Positions 1 to 8,913 of a stretch of 64,000 nucleotides of DNA are shown here, one piece after another. The stretch comes from Syntrophaceae bacterium. Its GTDB lineage: Bacteria; Desulfobacterota; Syntrophia; Syntrophales; Smithellaceae. The stretch covers positions 3,266 to 67,265 of the forward strand of contig WRPE01000022.1 of the NCBI GenBank assembly GCA_009773315.1, in the 5' to 3' direction. Positions within the stretch are counted from its first letter, which is position 1. Each line of letters begins with the position of its first letter. The notes under the pieces were generated by a model that worked only from the letters and a program-made list of their open reading frames with translations, was not told the DNA's origin and did no database searches. The translations under genes and the position numbers were made by a program.

Positions 1-857
1 TCTCCGAAAATATAGAACAGACTGAGCCTGCCGCCTAAGAAAAGCACCAGGTCGGAACTCATCAGAGCCAGCATGGCGCCGCCGGGTCTTATAGCCAGAG
101 AGGATTCGAAACAAAGAGGGTGAAGATCGGATAAGACACCCCGTCCCGCTCCCGCTGTAAAGGCCGGTATCCCTATCTTCTCTACGAACTCAACAAACTC
201 TCTTCCCGCATCGGCATACCAGATACCGCTTCCACCGATGACGACTGGATTTTTAGCCGTCTTCAGGAGATCAACAACCTTCCGGGTATTTTCCCGGTCA
301 ACGGGTTTGGTTGTGAGCGTGGTATGCATCTTTTTGACCTTGGCCATGTCCACCGTGGCGTTCAGGACATCACAGGGAAGTTCCAGATAGACCGGTCCGG
401 GTCGGCCGCTCATGGCTGTGCGGAAGGCGATGTCGATGAATTCAGGAATCCGCTCCGGGATATGGCAGACCAGTGCTTTTTTAACCATGGGTTCGATGAC
501 CGGAAGCTGGGTCATATCCTGAAGATCAAGCTTCTCGGCTGTCTCGAGCCCCACGCAGCCGGCAATGAGAATGACCGGCGCATTGGACAGCCTGGCGCTG
601 GCGATGCCGGAGAGGGCATTGGTGAATCCCGGTCCGGCAGTAACCATCGCCACTGCCGGTTTGCGGTTCATCCTGGCCCAGGCTTCAGCCATAAAAACCG
701 CCGCCTGTTCATGGCGTGTGTCAAAGATAGTAATCTTAGAATTTTCCAGAAATTGGTAAATGGGTGTAATATGCCCGCCGCTCAACGTAAAAATGTAATC
801 GACGCCCCGCTCGATTAAGGCATCCGCAACAAGCTTGCCGCCAATAATTTTATCCAT
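1..857 (-). CDS. Thiamine-diphosphate-dependent enzyme (acetolactate synthase / oxalyl-CoA decarboxylase-like), N-terminal part; 3' end runs off the window
   Basis: Not in the ORF track because it is open to the window edge. Reverse translation from ATG at 857-855 gives MDKIIGGKLVADALIERGVDYIFTLSGGHITPIY...RHEQAAVFMAEAWARM...VTAGPGFTNALSGIASA, the N-terminal PYR-domain pattern of ThDP enzymes. GGAGG RBS at 865-869. Confidence 0.8.
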   Translation of the reverse strand, partial: MDKIIGGKLVADALIERGVDYIFTLSGGHITPIYQFLENSKITIFDTRHEQAAVFMAEAWARMNRKPAVAMVTAGPGFTNALSGIASARLSNAPVILIAGCVGLETAEKLDLQDMTQLPVIEPMVKKALVCHIPERIPEFIDIAFRTAMSGRPGPVYLELPCDVLNATVDMAKVKKMHTTLTTKPVDRENTRKVVDLLKTAKNPVVIGGSGIWYADAGREFVEFVEKIGIPAFTAGAGRGVLSDLHPLCFESSLAIRPGGAMLALMSSDLVLFLGGRLSLFYIFG

Positions 858-901
858 AGTATATCCTCCTAATGATCGATAAGTTACTTTATCGACCGAT
901 T

Positions 902-929
902 CTAAATCAAAGATAGCGCTTTGATTTAG
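902..929 (-). promoter_or_regulatory. Perfect 11-bp inverted repeat (CTAAATCAAAG-N6-CTTTGATTTAG) between the SDR stop and the ThDP-enzyme start
   Basis: Read directly from the sequence. It is not followed by a T-run, so it could be an intercistronic hairpin or a protein-binding palindrome. Confidence 0.4.
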
Positions 930-937
930 GATTGGTC

Positions 938-1777
938 TCATAGTTCCATGCACTGTCCGCCATCTATATTGATGGCCTGTCCGGTAATATACCGCGAGGC
1001 GTCGGAAGCCAGAAAGGCCACCAGATCAGCGGCGTCCCCCGGAAGACCGATGTATCCCAGGGGAATGGTTTTGCACATTTCCTTTTCCCGCTCCTCAACC
1101 GTCGTGCCGAAAAATGACGCTTCCAGACCAAAACGCCACTTTTCCAGATCCGTGGCAACCTGTCCCGGGCAGATGGCGTTAACGCGGATTCCGCCGCCGC
1201 CCAGTTCTTTGGCCATGGTTTTGGTCAACATGATGACGCCCGCCTTGGCCACCGCGTAGGCGCTGTTGAAGATGGGAGGCACCTTGCCCGCCCGGGATGC
1301 CGTATTGATAATGGCTGCCGGCTTGCCCGCCATCAGGGGAATGATGGCCCGCGAGATGCGGAAGACGGAAAACAGATTCACGTCGATGGTCTTCATCCAG
1401 GCCGCTTCGTCATAACTCAGGATTGTATTCGGGACGCCGAAGGATGCTCCCGCGTTGTTGCAAAGAATATCGACGTGGTCAAAGACGCCTTTGATGTTAT
1501 CCACCATGGCTCCGATGGCGCTTGCATCCGTAACATCAACGGCCACCGATAATGTTCGAATGCCGTAAGTCTTCGCCAATTCTTTGGCAATCATATCCAT
1601 CTCTTCACCTGTTGCGGACTTCAGGGACTCTCCCGGCACGGGCGGTTTGCCCAGATCGGCAATGATAATGTTGCATTCTGCCGCAGCCAGTTTTTCCGCA
1701 ATGGCGTAACCGATGCCTGTTTTTTTGCCGGACCCCGTTACGATGGCTGTTTTTCCTTTTAAATCTTTATAAATCAT
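938..1777 (-). CDS. Short-chain dehydrogenase/reductase (SDR) family oxidoreductase
   Basis: The true start is [27 protein letters not shown] (TGxxxGIG Rossmann motif), with NNAG and YAVAKAG (YxxxK) motifs. ATG at 1777-1775 is preceded by GGAGG. The 405-aa track ORF is an N-terminal over-extension into the upstream gene. Confidence 0.85.
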   Translation of the reverse strand: MIYKDLKGKTAIVTGSGKKTGIGYAIAEKLAAAECNIIIADLGKPPVPGESLKSATGEEMDMIAKELAKTYGIRTLSVAVDVTDASAIGAMVDNIKGVFDHVDILCNNAGASFGVPNTILSYDEAAWMKTIDVNLFSVFRISRAIIPLMAGKPAAIINTASRAGKVPPIFNSAYAVAKAGVIMLTKTMAKELGGGGIRVNAICPGQVATDLEKWRFGLEASFFGTTVEEREKEMCKTIPLGYIGLPGDAADLVAFLASDASRYITGQAINIDGGQCMEL

Positions 1778-3527
1778 CGACGCCTCCTTTGTACCAGTTA
1801 TGATGATCCAGATGAGCATACTTGGATAGGAATCGAGTCGGCAGTGCCAGGGCATCCTTCCTGAAGGGCGGGGCCAGTTGCTTGCCGTCCACCAGAAATT
1901 CCAGCACGGTGGGCTTGCGGTTTTTGATGCAGGACAGAAAGGCTTCCTTGATGTCCTCGGGCCGACTGACCTGGATACCGTTGGCTCCCATCGCCTTGGC
2001 CACCGGCACAAAGCTCGCAGGTGTGGGAATGTCCACGCCGACAAAGCGGTTGTTATAGAAGTCCACCTGGTTTTTGGCTTCGGCCCCCCACCACATGTTC
2101 CGGAAAACACAGGCCACAACGGGAAGATTGTGTTCCACGGCGGTGCTGACCTCATGGAGACTCATTCCCCAGGCACCGTCGCCGACAATGGCGATGACCG
2201 GCGCTTGGGGACAGGCGATCTGCGCCCCGAGGGCTGCCGGATAGGCAAACCCGGTGTTGCCAAAGGTCAGGGCGGCGATATGCCGTCTCGACTGGTTGAA
2301 CTTGAGGTAGCTGTTGGCTGTCGAGGCAACATTGCCAATATCCGTGGACACGATGGCATTGTCCGGCAGAGCTTTGGAGATTTCGAGCAAGACTCTTCTT
2401 GGGTTCATGGGATTGCCGTCAACCATGGCTAAATCGACAATCTCCTTTTCCCAGATCTTCTTTTCCCTGGCCACGGCTGCCAGGCGTTTGGCATCGGGCT
2501 TGCGGCCTTTGTCCAGGGCCTTCAGGCGTTTCAGGATTTCCACAGTGGCTTCCTTGGCATCGCCGATGATCCCGACCTCGATGGGGTGGGTCCGGGCAAT
2601 ATGCTTGGGATTGATGTCGATCTGGATAATCTTGGCATTTTCCGGGAAGTAGTTGATATCATACTGGGGAAGCGTCCCGAAGACGGAGAGCCTTGTCCCG
2701 ATAGCGAGCATGACGTCAGCCTTGGCCAAAGTTTTCATGGCCGCCTTGGAACCCATATAGCCGATGGGGCCGATGGATAAAGGATGATTTCCATAGAAGG
2801 CATCATTATGGAGATAGGTGACCGCCACGGGTGCCGTCAGGTGTTCGGCGATGGCCTTGACGATGTCCAGCGCGTCGGCATCAACGACCCCCCGTCCGGA
2901 GACGATGACGGGATTTTTGGCTTTGGACAGAAGGTCGGCAGCCCTGTTTAATTGTTCCATCGACCCGCATCCCCTGGCATCCACCCGGTATTGAGAGGGC
3001 TTCAGAATGGTTTCTTCGATCTCTCCGTAGAAATAATCACGGGGAATATCATAAAGAACAGCGCCCCGGTCGGCATAGGCGATGCGGAAGGCCGTTCTCA
3101 GGCAATCAGCCGCTCTTTTGGGATGGGGAACGCGGACGACAGCTTTCGTGACGGCCTTAAAGACGGACATCTGGTCGCATTCCTGGAAACCGTCCCAGCC
3201 GATGGTGGGCGTCCCCGCCGACGGGGAAATAATGACCAGAGGCGTATGGCCCATGTTTGCCGCGGCAACCGACGTGACCATATTGGTTATGCCGGGACCG
3301 TTCTGGCCTGTGACGACACCACACCGCCCCGAAACCCGGCAGTAGGCGTCTTCCATATGAGCGGCGCTCTGTTCATGACGGACGGGGATGAATTTGATCC
3401 CCGCATCCGGAAAAAGATCGAGCATGTCCATAAAGGCGGAACCCACAATGCCGCATACATGATCCACCCCTTCCGCCAGCAATGTCTCGACAATCGCTTC
3501 GCTGGGTGTCATTGTTACTTTTTTCAT
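1767..3527 (-). CDS. xsc: Sulfoacetaldehyde acetyltransferase-like ThDP enzyme (Xsc-like)
   Basis: 586 aa. The N-terminus [77 protein letters not shown] and [11 protein letters not shown] match my recollection of Xsc proteins. It sits directly upstream of acetate kinase, which consumes acetyl phosphate. The subfamily assignment needs a database check. Confidence 0.65.
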   Translation of the reverse strand: MKKVTMTPSEAIVETLLAEGVDHVCGIVGSAFMDMLDLFPDAGIKFIPVRHEQSAAHMEDAYCRVSGRCGVVTGQNGPGITNMVTSVAAANMGHTPLVIISPSAGTPTIGWDGFQECDQMSVFKAVTKAVVRVPHPKRAADCLRTAFRIAYADRGAVLYDIPRDYFYGEIEETILKPSQYRVDARGCGSMEQLNRAADLLSKAKNPVIVSGRGVVDADALDIVKAIAEHLTAPVAVTYLHNDAFYGNHPLSIGPIGYMGSKAAMKTLAKADVMLAIGTRLSVFGTLPQYDINYFPENAKIIQIDINPKHIARTHPIEVGIIGDAKEATVEILKRLKALDKGRKPDAKRLAAVAREKKIWEKEIVDLAMVDGNPMNPRRVLLEISKALPDNAIVSTDIGNVASTANSYLKFNQSRRHIAALTFGNTGFAYPAALGAQIACPQAPVIAIVGDGAWGMSLHEVSTAVEHNLPVVACVFRNMWWGAEAKNQVDFYNNRFVGVDIPTPASFVPVAKAMGANGIQVSRPEDIKEAFLSCIKNRKPTVLEFLVDGKQLAPPFRKDALALPTRFLSKYAHLDHHNWYKGGVDDL

Positions 3528-3552
3528 TTTAAAACCTCCAGTCTGTTTGACG

Positions 3553-4764
3553 TTATTGTTTTTGCAAAACCGTCCGCGTCTCCCGGGCGATCATTTTTTC
3601 TTCATCCGTTGGAACGACGAGAATTTTCACCTTCGTCCCGGGCAGGGAGATATCCTCTTCAAGAATGCCGTTCAGATTCTTCTCTTCATCCAGAGAAATG
3701 CCCAGCCAGGAAAGAAATGCGCAGATCCGCCGCCGCATGTTTGGTGAGTTTTCGCCGACCCCCGCGGTAAAGACAAGAACATCAAGACCGCCTGCGGCCG
3801 GAATCAGGGAACCAATCCCCTTGGCCACACTATAAGCATAGGCATCAAGCGCCAGACGTGCCCGCTCATTGCCGAGCGAGGATTCCTTTTCCAAATCGCG
3901 AAAATCGGGCGATATGCCGGAGATGCCGAAAACGCCGCTCTCGCGATTCAGCATGTCCATTACCTGTGTCAGGGAACTCTGCTCCTTCTCCACAAGGAAG
4001 GAAACAAGCGCCGGATCGATATCACCCGAGCGTGTTCCCATAACGAGACCGGACAGAGGTGTAAAACCCATGGAGGTATCCAGAGATTTTCCTTCCGCCA
4101 CAGCGCAGAGACTCGAGCCTGCTCCGAGATGGCAGGTGATGATCCTCAACGCCTCCACATTCTTCCCCAGGATTTCCGCCGTCCGGCAGGCTACATAACG
4201 ATGTGAAATGCCGTGGAAGCCGTAACGGCGGACATGATCATCTATGTAGTAATGATAAGGGATCGCGTAGGTGTAAGCATAGGGCGGCATGGTCTGGTGG
4301 AAGGCTGTATCGAAGACAGCCACCTGGGGTACGCCGGGCATGAGGCTTGTGCAGACATCAATCCCCATGAGGTTCGGCGGGTTATGGAGCGGTGCGAGTT
4401 TCTTGGTTGCCTCGAGGGTTTCCCGTATTGCGGGATCAACGATAACGGAGGTGCGGAAATGTTCTCCGCCGTGAACCACCCGGTGTCCGACGCCGCCAAT
4501 TTCGCTCATCTCCGTCAGAATTCCCTGCTGACCGTCGACAAGATGGGCCAACAGAGCATGCACGGCTTCATGATGATTGGCGAGCGGTGTTTTGTTCAGA
4601 AAGGTTTCGTGTCCTTGCGCATCATGTTGAAAGACGGCGTCGGTCATGCCGATACGGTCCGCCTGACCTTGAGCCAGGACGTTGTTGTCCCCCAGCTCAA
4701 AGAGTTTGTATTTAAGCGATGAACTGCCGCAATTTAAGACCAGAATCTTCAACGAACACTCCAT
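3553..4764 (-). CDS. ackA: Acetate kinase
   Basis: [19 protein letters not shown]-terminal motif; HRVVHGG; GFHGISHRY; TCHLGAGSS. The real start may be TTG at 4752 (GGAG lies 6 nt upstream). Confidence 0.93.
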   Translation of the reverse strand: MECSLKILVLNCGSSSLKYKLFELGDNNVLAQGQADRIGMTDAVFQHDAQGHETFLNKTPLANHHEAVHALLAHLVDGQQGILTEMSEIGGVGHRVVHGGEHFRTSVIVDPAIRETLEATKKLAPLHNPPNLMGIDVCTSLMPGVPQVAVFDTAFHQTMPPYAYTYAIPYHYYIDDHVRRYGFHGISHRYVACRTAEILGKNVEALRIITCHLGAGSSLCAVAEGKSLDTSMGFTPLSGLVMGTRSGDIDPALVSFLVEKEQSSLTQVMDMLNRESGVFGISGISPDFRDLEKESSLGNERARLALDAYAYSVAKGIGSLIPAAGGLDVLVFTAGVGENSPNMRRRICAFLSWLGISLDEEKNLNGILEEDISLPGTKVKILVVPTDEEKMIARETRTVLQKQ

Positions 4765-4852
4765 TGATTTTTAGGTATCAAACCTTCCCACTCCCTTGGG
4801 TTGCTTCCTCTGGTGACTACGCTCCGAATGTGTGCGGAATGTCCTGTTCCCA

Positions 4853-6550
4853 TTATGCCAAATCTTCTTTCCACGGCCAGAGGAACAGGCCGCCTTCGAG
4901 AGTGCAGACGTCGGGAAATCCGGCCGCATCGAGGATTCTTTGGGCCGAAAAACCCCTCAGCCCGAGCTGGCAAGTACAAATGATTTTCTTATCCCTCGGT
5001 AATTCGTCAATTTTCCGATGCAGTTCGTCGAGGGGAATATTGATGACCTTGGGATGCTCGACGTGTGCGCGCCGAAATTCCAAATCCGATCTGACGTCCA
5101 CCATCAACACAGCGTCTTCATGATCCAGAAGTCTCTTGGCCTCCACGACGGTAATCGGTCTCATGATGCCAGAGTTCACATTTTCTGCAACATTGAGAGC
5201 GGTGACAAAAACATCCAGAGCCGGTGAAAAGGGAGGGGCATAGGCCATATCTAAATAAATGATATCCTGAAGGGTGGCGCCAAGACGCATGGCCGCAGCG
5301 GCCACATCAATGCGGCGGGCAACATCGCCTTTTCCCACGGCCTGCAGACCCAAAAGTCTTTGGGTGCCATTTTCAAATATGATTTTCAATGCCATGATTT
5401 GACTGTCGGGGTAATAATGGGCCTTATCGAATCCACAGACGGAAAGGGCGAAGGCATCCAATCCCATCTGCTTTGCCTGTGTCTCCGTGATACCGGTGGA
5501 ACCTACATTGTATTGAAACGCTTTGCATACGAAAGTGCCCTGTATGCCGGGAAACGTCGAATTCATACCGCAGATATTGTCGGCAATGACCCGGCCGTGT
5601 TTGTTTGCAGTGGAACCGAGGGGAATGTAACACGGTTTTCCCGTAATAATATGATTGTTTTCGACCATATCTCCACCGGCATAAATGGCGGGATCACTGG
5701 TCTGCATATGGGCATTGACCTTGAGCGCCCGGGTTTCCCCCAACGCAAGGCCGGCTGCCTCCGCAATCGCCGTATTGGGTTTGAGGCCTGTTGCGACAAT
5801 GACTATATCGGCGCGATATTCGTTATTTTTGGTGATGACCTTGTTAATCTTCCCTTCCTCTCCTTCGAAGGAAAGGATTTCGGCATTGAATTCCGAATCC
5901 ACCCTATTCTCATAAAAATGTTCCTGGATCATCGCTGAAATTTCGAAGTCGAGCATTCCCGGAAAGAGCTGGCTTTCGCGCTCCAGCAGCGTCACGTTCC
6001 ATTTCTTGAGGATCAGTGCCTCGGCGGCCTCGACGCCGATAAATCCCCCACCGACGATCACGGCGGAACCATGCGCGTGATCCCGAATTTCCTGGGCGAT
6101 GGCCGCGGCATCCTGCATGCGGGTTAAGTGATACACGCCCTTAAGATTCGATCCCGGAATCGGGGGCATCTTCGGCGATGCACCCGCCGCCAGGACCAGC
6201 GTGTCATATTCGAAGGAGAGAGATTCGCCGGTGCTCATGTTTGTTGCACCGACCCTGCGGGTGTTCCTGTCGATATCGAGGACCCTTACGTTCGTATGAA
6301 TCGTAATATCCTTCAGATCTTTAAAATATAGCACATCGCGGATTCTGCCGTATGTGGTTTTCATCAGGTCGTCCAGATCGCGGACTTTCCCGGAAAGATA
6401 GTACGGGATACCGCAGGCGGCATAGGAAATGTACTGCCCCTGGTCCAGGATGGTAACGGCATAGTCGGGACGGAGCCGTTTTATGCGCGATGCGGCTTTT
6501 GCACCGCAAGCGGATGCCCCGATGATAAGGATCCTCTTCTTATCGTTCAT
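4853..6550 (-). CDS. CoA-disulfide / NADH-dependent persulfide reductase with C-terminal rhodanese domain (CoADR-RHD, Npsr-like)
   Basis: IIGASACGAKAA FAD motif. SYAACGIPYY is the CoADR-type active-site Cys. A second dinucleotide fold is present (VIVGGGFIGVEAAE). The C-terminal rhodanese loop is ICTCQLGLRGFSA. Its ATG overlaps the dsrP stop (ATGA at 6547-6550). Confidence 0.8.
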   Translation of the reverse strand: MNDKKRILIIGASACGAKAASRIKRLRPDYAVTILDQGQYISYAACGIPYYLSGKVRDLDDLMKTTYGRIRDVLYFKDLKDITIHTNVRVLDIDRNTRRVGATNMSTGESLSFEYDTLVLAAGASPKMPPIPGSNLKGVYHLTRMQDAAAIAQEIRDHAHGSAVIVGGGFIGVEAAEALILKKWNVTLLERESQLFPGMLDFEISAMIQEHFYENRVDSEFNAEILSFEGEEGKINKVITKNNEYRADIVIVATGLKPNTAIAEAAGLALGETRALKVNAHMQTSDPAIYAGGDMVENNHIITGKPCYIPLGSTANKHGRVIADNICGMNSTFPGIQGTFVCKAFQYNVGSTGITETQAKQMGLDAFALSVCGFDKAHYYPDSQIMALKIIFENGTQRLLGLQAVGKGDVARRIDVAAAAMRLGATLQDIIYLDMAYAPPFSPALDVFVTALNVAENVNSGIMRPITVVEAKRLLDHEDAVLMVDVRSDLEFRRAHVEHPKVINIPLDELHRKIDELPRDKKIICTCQLGLRGFSAQRILDAAGFPDVCTLEGGLFLWPWKEDLA

Positions 6551-7722
6551 GGGTTTTCCTTTTCATCGTGCACGGCAATAAATATCCTATAAAGAATGGT
6601 CAAAATCATGAATCCAATCGCCCAAACACCGAGGGTGATAGCGATTTCCGCTCCCGTCGGAACGTATTCGGTGATGGCCTCCAATGGCGAGGGGATAAAG
6701 CCGGTCACGACCAGACCGAGGCCCTTCTCAATCCAGAGCGAAACAAACACAAAAACGCAGGCTACGGCGAGCCATCCATCGTTGCGGCGGATTGGCGGGA
6801 TGATCAGCATTCCCAGGGCCGCAAAGGCAAGAGCTGCCGATGTCCACATCCAGACAACGAGCTTCGTGTGGCCTTCCAGACCATTGAAAAGATAAAGAAA
6901 GTGCTGGGCATGTTCCGGAATCTGGCTGTAAAAGGCGGTGAACAGTTCCACAAGAACAAAGAAGATGCTTGCTGCAAGCGCATAGGCCACGATCTTGGAC
7001 AGGGCCTGAATCGCCTTTTCGCCTGCGTCAAAACGCCCGTAACGTTTTAAGATCAGACAGAAGATAATCAACAGAGCGGGGCCGGAAGCAAAGGCGGAAG
7101 CCAGGAAGCGGGGGGCCATAATCGCCGTCAGCCAGAAACTTCTGCCCGGAAGACCGGCATAGATGAAAGCCGTTACGGTGTGAATGCTGATGGCCCAGGG
7201 AATCGAGAGATAAATCAACGGTTTGACCCAGCCAGGCGGCGGGATTTCTTTACGATTGCAGCTCAGAATAACCCAACCGGTAAAGATATTAATCAGGAGA
7301 TAGCCGGAAAGGACGATCATGTCCCAGAAAAGGATCGAGGTTGGCGACGGATGCAAGAGGACGTTCATCACACGGGAGGGCTGGCCGAGATCGACGAAAA
7401 CGAAGAGGACACACATGATAACGGCGGCAACCGCCAGAAATTCACCCAGGACGGTGATTTTTCCGAAGGCCTTGTAGTCATGAAGATAGTACGGAAGAAC
7501 CAGCATGACCGCCGAAGCGGCAATGCCGACCAGGAAGGTGAACTGGGCGATGTAAAGCCCCCAGGACACGTCCCGGCTCATCCCCGTGACGCCTAACCCA
7601 TAATCCAACTGGCGAAGGTAGAAGATAAATCCGATCGCGGTGACAATCAGTAAAAAGATGATCCAGATCCAGTATCCGCGGCTGCCTTTCAGAGATTTTT
7701 CCAGCATAGTATCCTCATACAA
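6547..7722 (-). CDS. dsrP: DsrP, NrfD/PsrC-like integral membrane subunit of the DsrMKJOP complex
   Basis: 391-aa polytopic membrane protein immediately downstream of dsrO in the canonical M-K-J-O-P order. Confidence 0.85.
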   Translation of the reverse strand: MYEDTMLEKSLKGSRGYWIWIIFLLIVTAIGFIFYLRQLDYGLGVTGMSRDVSWGLYIAQFTFLVGIAASAVMLVLPYYLHDYKAFGKITVLGEFLAVAAVIMCVLFVFVDLGQPSRVMNVLLHPSPTSILFWDMIVLSGYLLINIFTGWVILSCNRKEIPPPGWVKPLIYLSIPWAISIHTVTAFIYAGLPGRSFWLTAIMAPRFLASAFASGPALLIIFCLILKRYGRFDAGEKAIQALSKIVAYALAASIFFVLVELFTAFYSQIPEHAQHFLYLFNGLEGHTKLVVWMWTSAALAFAALGMLIIPPIRRNDGWLAVACVFVFVSLWIEKGLGLVVTGFIPSPLEAITEYVPTGAEIAITLGVWAIGFMILTILYRIFIAVHDEKENP

Positions 7723-8503
7723 TATAGTAAATCTGCGGCTTGGTTCCTAAGCTTGCGCGCCTCAGCAGGTTAAAGCGCTTTTCCAGGAGAAGACGGATTT
7801 CCGATTGGGGATTTTCCATATCTCCGAAAACCAGGGCTTTTTCCTTACAGGCCAGAACGCAGGCAGGCCCAAGGCCTTTGGCCAGCCTTTCCTCACAGAA
7901 GTTGCATTTTTCCACAACGCCTTTGGTTCGCGTTGGGTAATCCGGATTTATTCTGGTGATAAAAGGCCGGGGATCCCGGTAGTTCATACTTCTTGCGCCG
8001 TAGGGGCAGGCGGCCATGCAAAGCCTGCAACCGATGCAGCGGTGATAGTCTATCATCACGATGCCGTCTTGTCTCTGGAACGTGGCCTTCGTCGGGCAAA
8101 CCCTTACACAGGGCGGGTTGGCGCACTGGTTGCACAAAACGATTGGTCGCCTGGCTCTCGCGATTTTTGGCAGATAGGAATGATTCACTTCGGGAAAAAT
8201 ATGGGGGAAATCCTCCCGCCAGATCCATTTGACCTCGTCTTTGAGGTTGCCGAAATCGGGGACGTTGTGTGTGGCGTGACACGCTGCGATGCAATCCACA
8301 CAGTCAGCGGGGCATTTTGAAGCATCGATCGCCATCGCCCAGCGTTTGGCCGTGAGAGCCTTTGATGGCGACAAGGCCTCCGGGAAATTGCTTACGGGGA
8401 TAATCTTCTCTTTGGCCCAGGCCGGGCAGACGATTGCAGGCGCGATCAGGGAGAGTGTGGAAACCCCCGCTATTTTCAGAAATTCTCTGCGATTCGTCGT
8501 CAT
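7715..8503 (-). CDS. dsrO: DsrO, periplasmic 4Fe-4S ferredoxin-like subunit (Tat signal)
   Basis: Twin-arginine signal NRREFLKIAG. Multiple CxxCxxCxxxCP clusters (CNQCANPPCVRVCP, CIGCRLCMAACP). Confidence 0.88.
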   Translation of the reverse strand: MTTNRREFLKIAGVSTLSLIAPAIVCPAWAKEKIIPVSNFPEALSPSKALTAKRWAMAIDASKCPADCVDCIAACHATHNVPDFGNLKDEVKWIWREDFPHIFPEVNHSYLPKIARARRPIVLCNQCANPPCVRVCPTKATFQRQDGIVMIDYHRCIGCRLCMAACPYGARSMNYRDPRPFITRINPDYPTRTKGVVEKCNFCEERLAKGLGPACVLACKEKALVFGDMENPQSEIRLLLEKRFNLLRRASLGTKPQIYYIV

Positions 8504-8910
8504 TTTTTTACCTCCCCGGGAATGTTATGGCAACTGAAGCAGGAAGGCTTGGCGGCCAGATAGTTGTGGCACCGGTCGCAGAACTGTTCCTTGTTGCTGT
8601 GGCATTTCAGGCAGGCGCCGGAAAGGCTTTTCTCAAAAGTGCGGCCGTCTTTCGCCGTATAAAGGCGTTTCCCCTCGCGGACGGATTCGTCGCGCCAGGC
8701 GTCAAGAAGTTTCATGTGATTGGCACGCATGAAGTTTACGTCTTCCACGCAGCGCTTATCTTGCAATTGCGCAATGGCGGGCGTATCGAGGCTCAGCTGG
8801 GGCGGTGGGGATGGTTTCCCTTTGCCGTACCAGAAGGGGAACGTGACCACGATGATAAAGATCACTATTCCGGCGACGATTTTTCCTCCATTATAAATTT
8901 TCATTGCCAC
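8500..8910 (-). CDS. dsrJ: DsrJ, membrane-anchored triheme cytochrome c
   Basis: N-terminal TM helix. Three CxxCH motifs (CLKCH, CDRCH, CFSCH), plus an upstream conserved Cys (DKRCVED) as in DsrJ. Confidence 0.88.
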   Translation of the reverse strand: MAMKIYNGGKIVAGIVIFIIVVTFPFWYGKGKPSPPPQLSLDTPAIAQLQDKRCVEDVNFMRANHMKLLDAWRDESVREGKRLYTAKDGRTFEKSLSGACLKCHSNKEQFCDRCHNYLAAKPSCFSCHNIPGEVKK

Positions 8911-8913
8911 TTC

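Noticed and set aside
324-818. 164-aa plus-strand ORF (and the nested 565-759 ORF)
   Set aside because: It lies antisense to a clearly recognisable ThDP-enzyme reading frame on the minus strand and has no motifs of its own. It is a shadow ORF.
1778-2155. N-terminal 126-aa extension of the SDR ORF (938-2155 in the track)
   Set aside because: The extension overlaps the 3' end of the Xsc-like gene in another frame. The SDR Rossmann motif begins right after the internal ATG at 1777, which has a GGAGG RBS.
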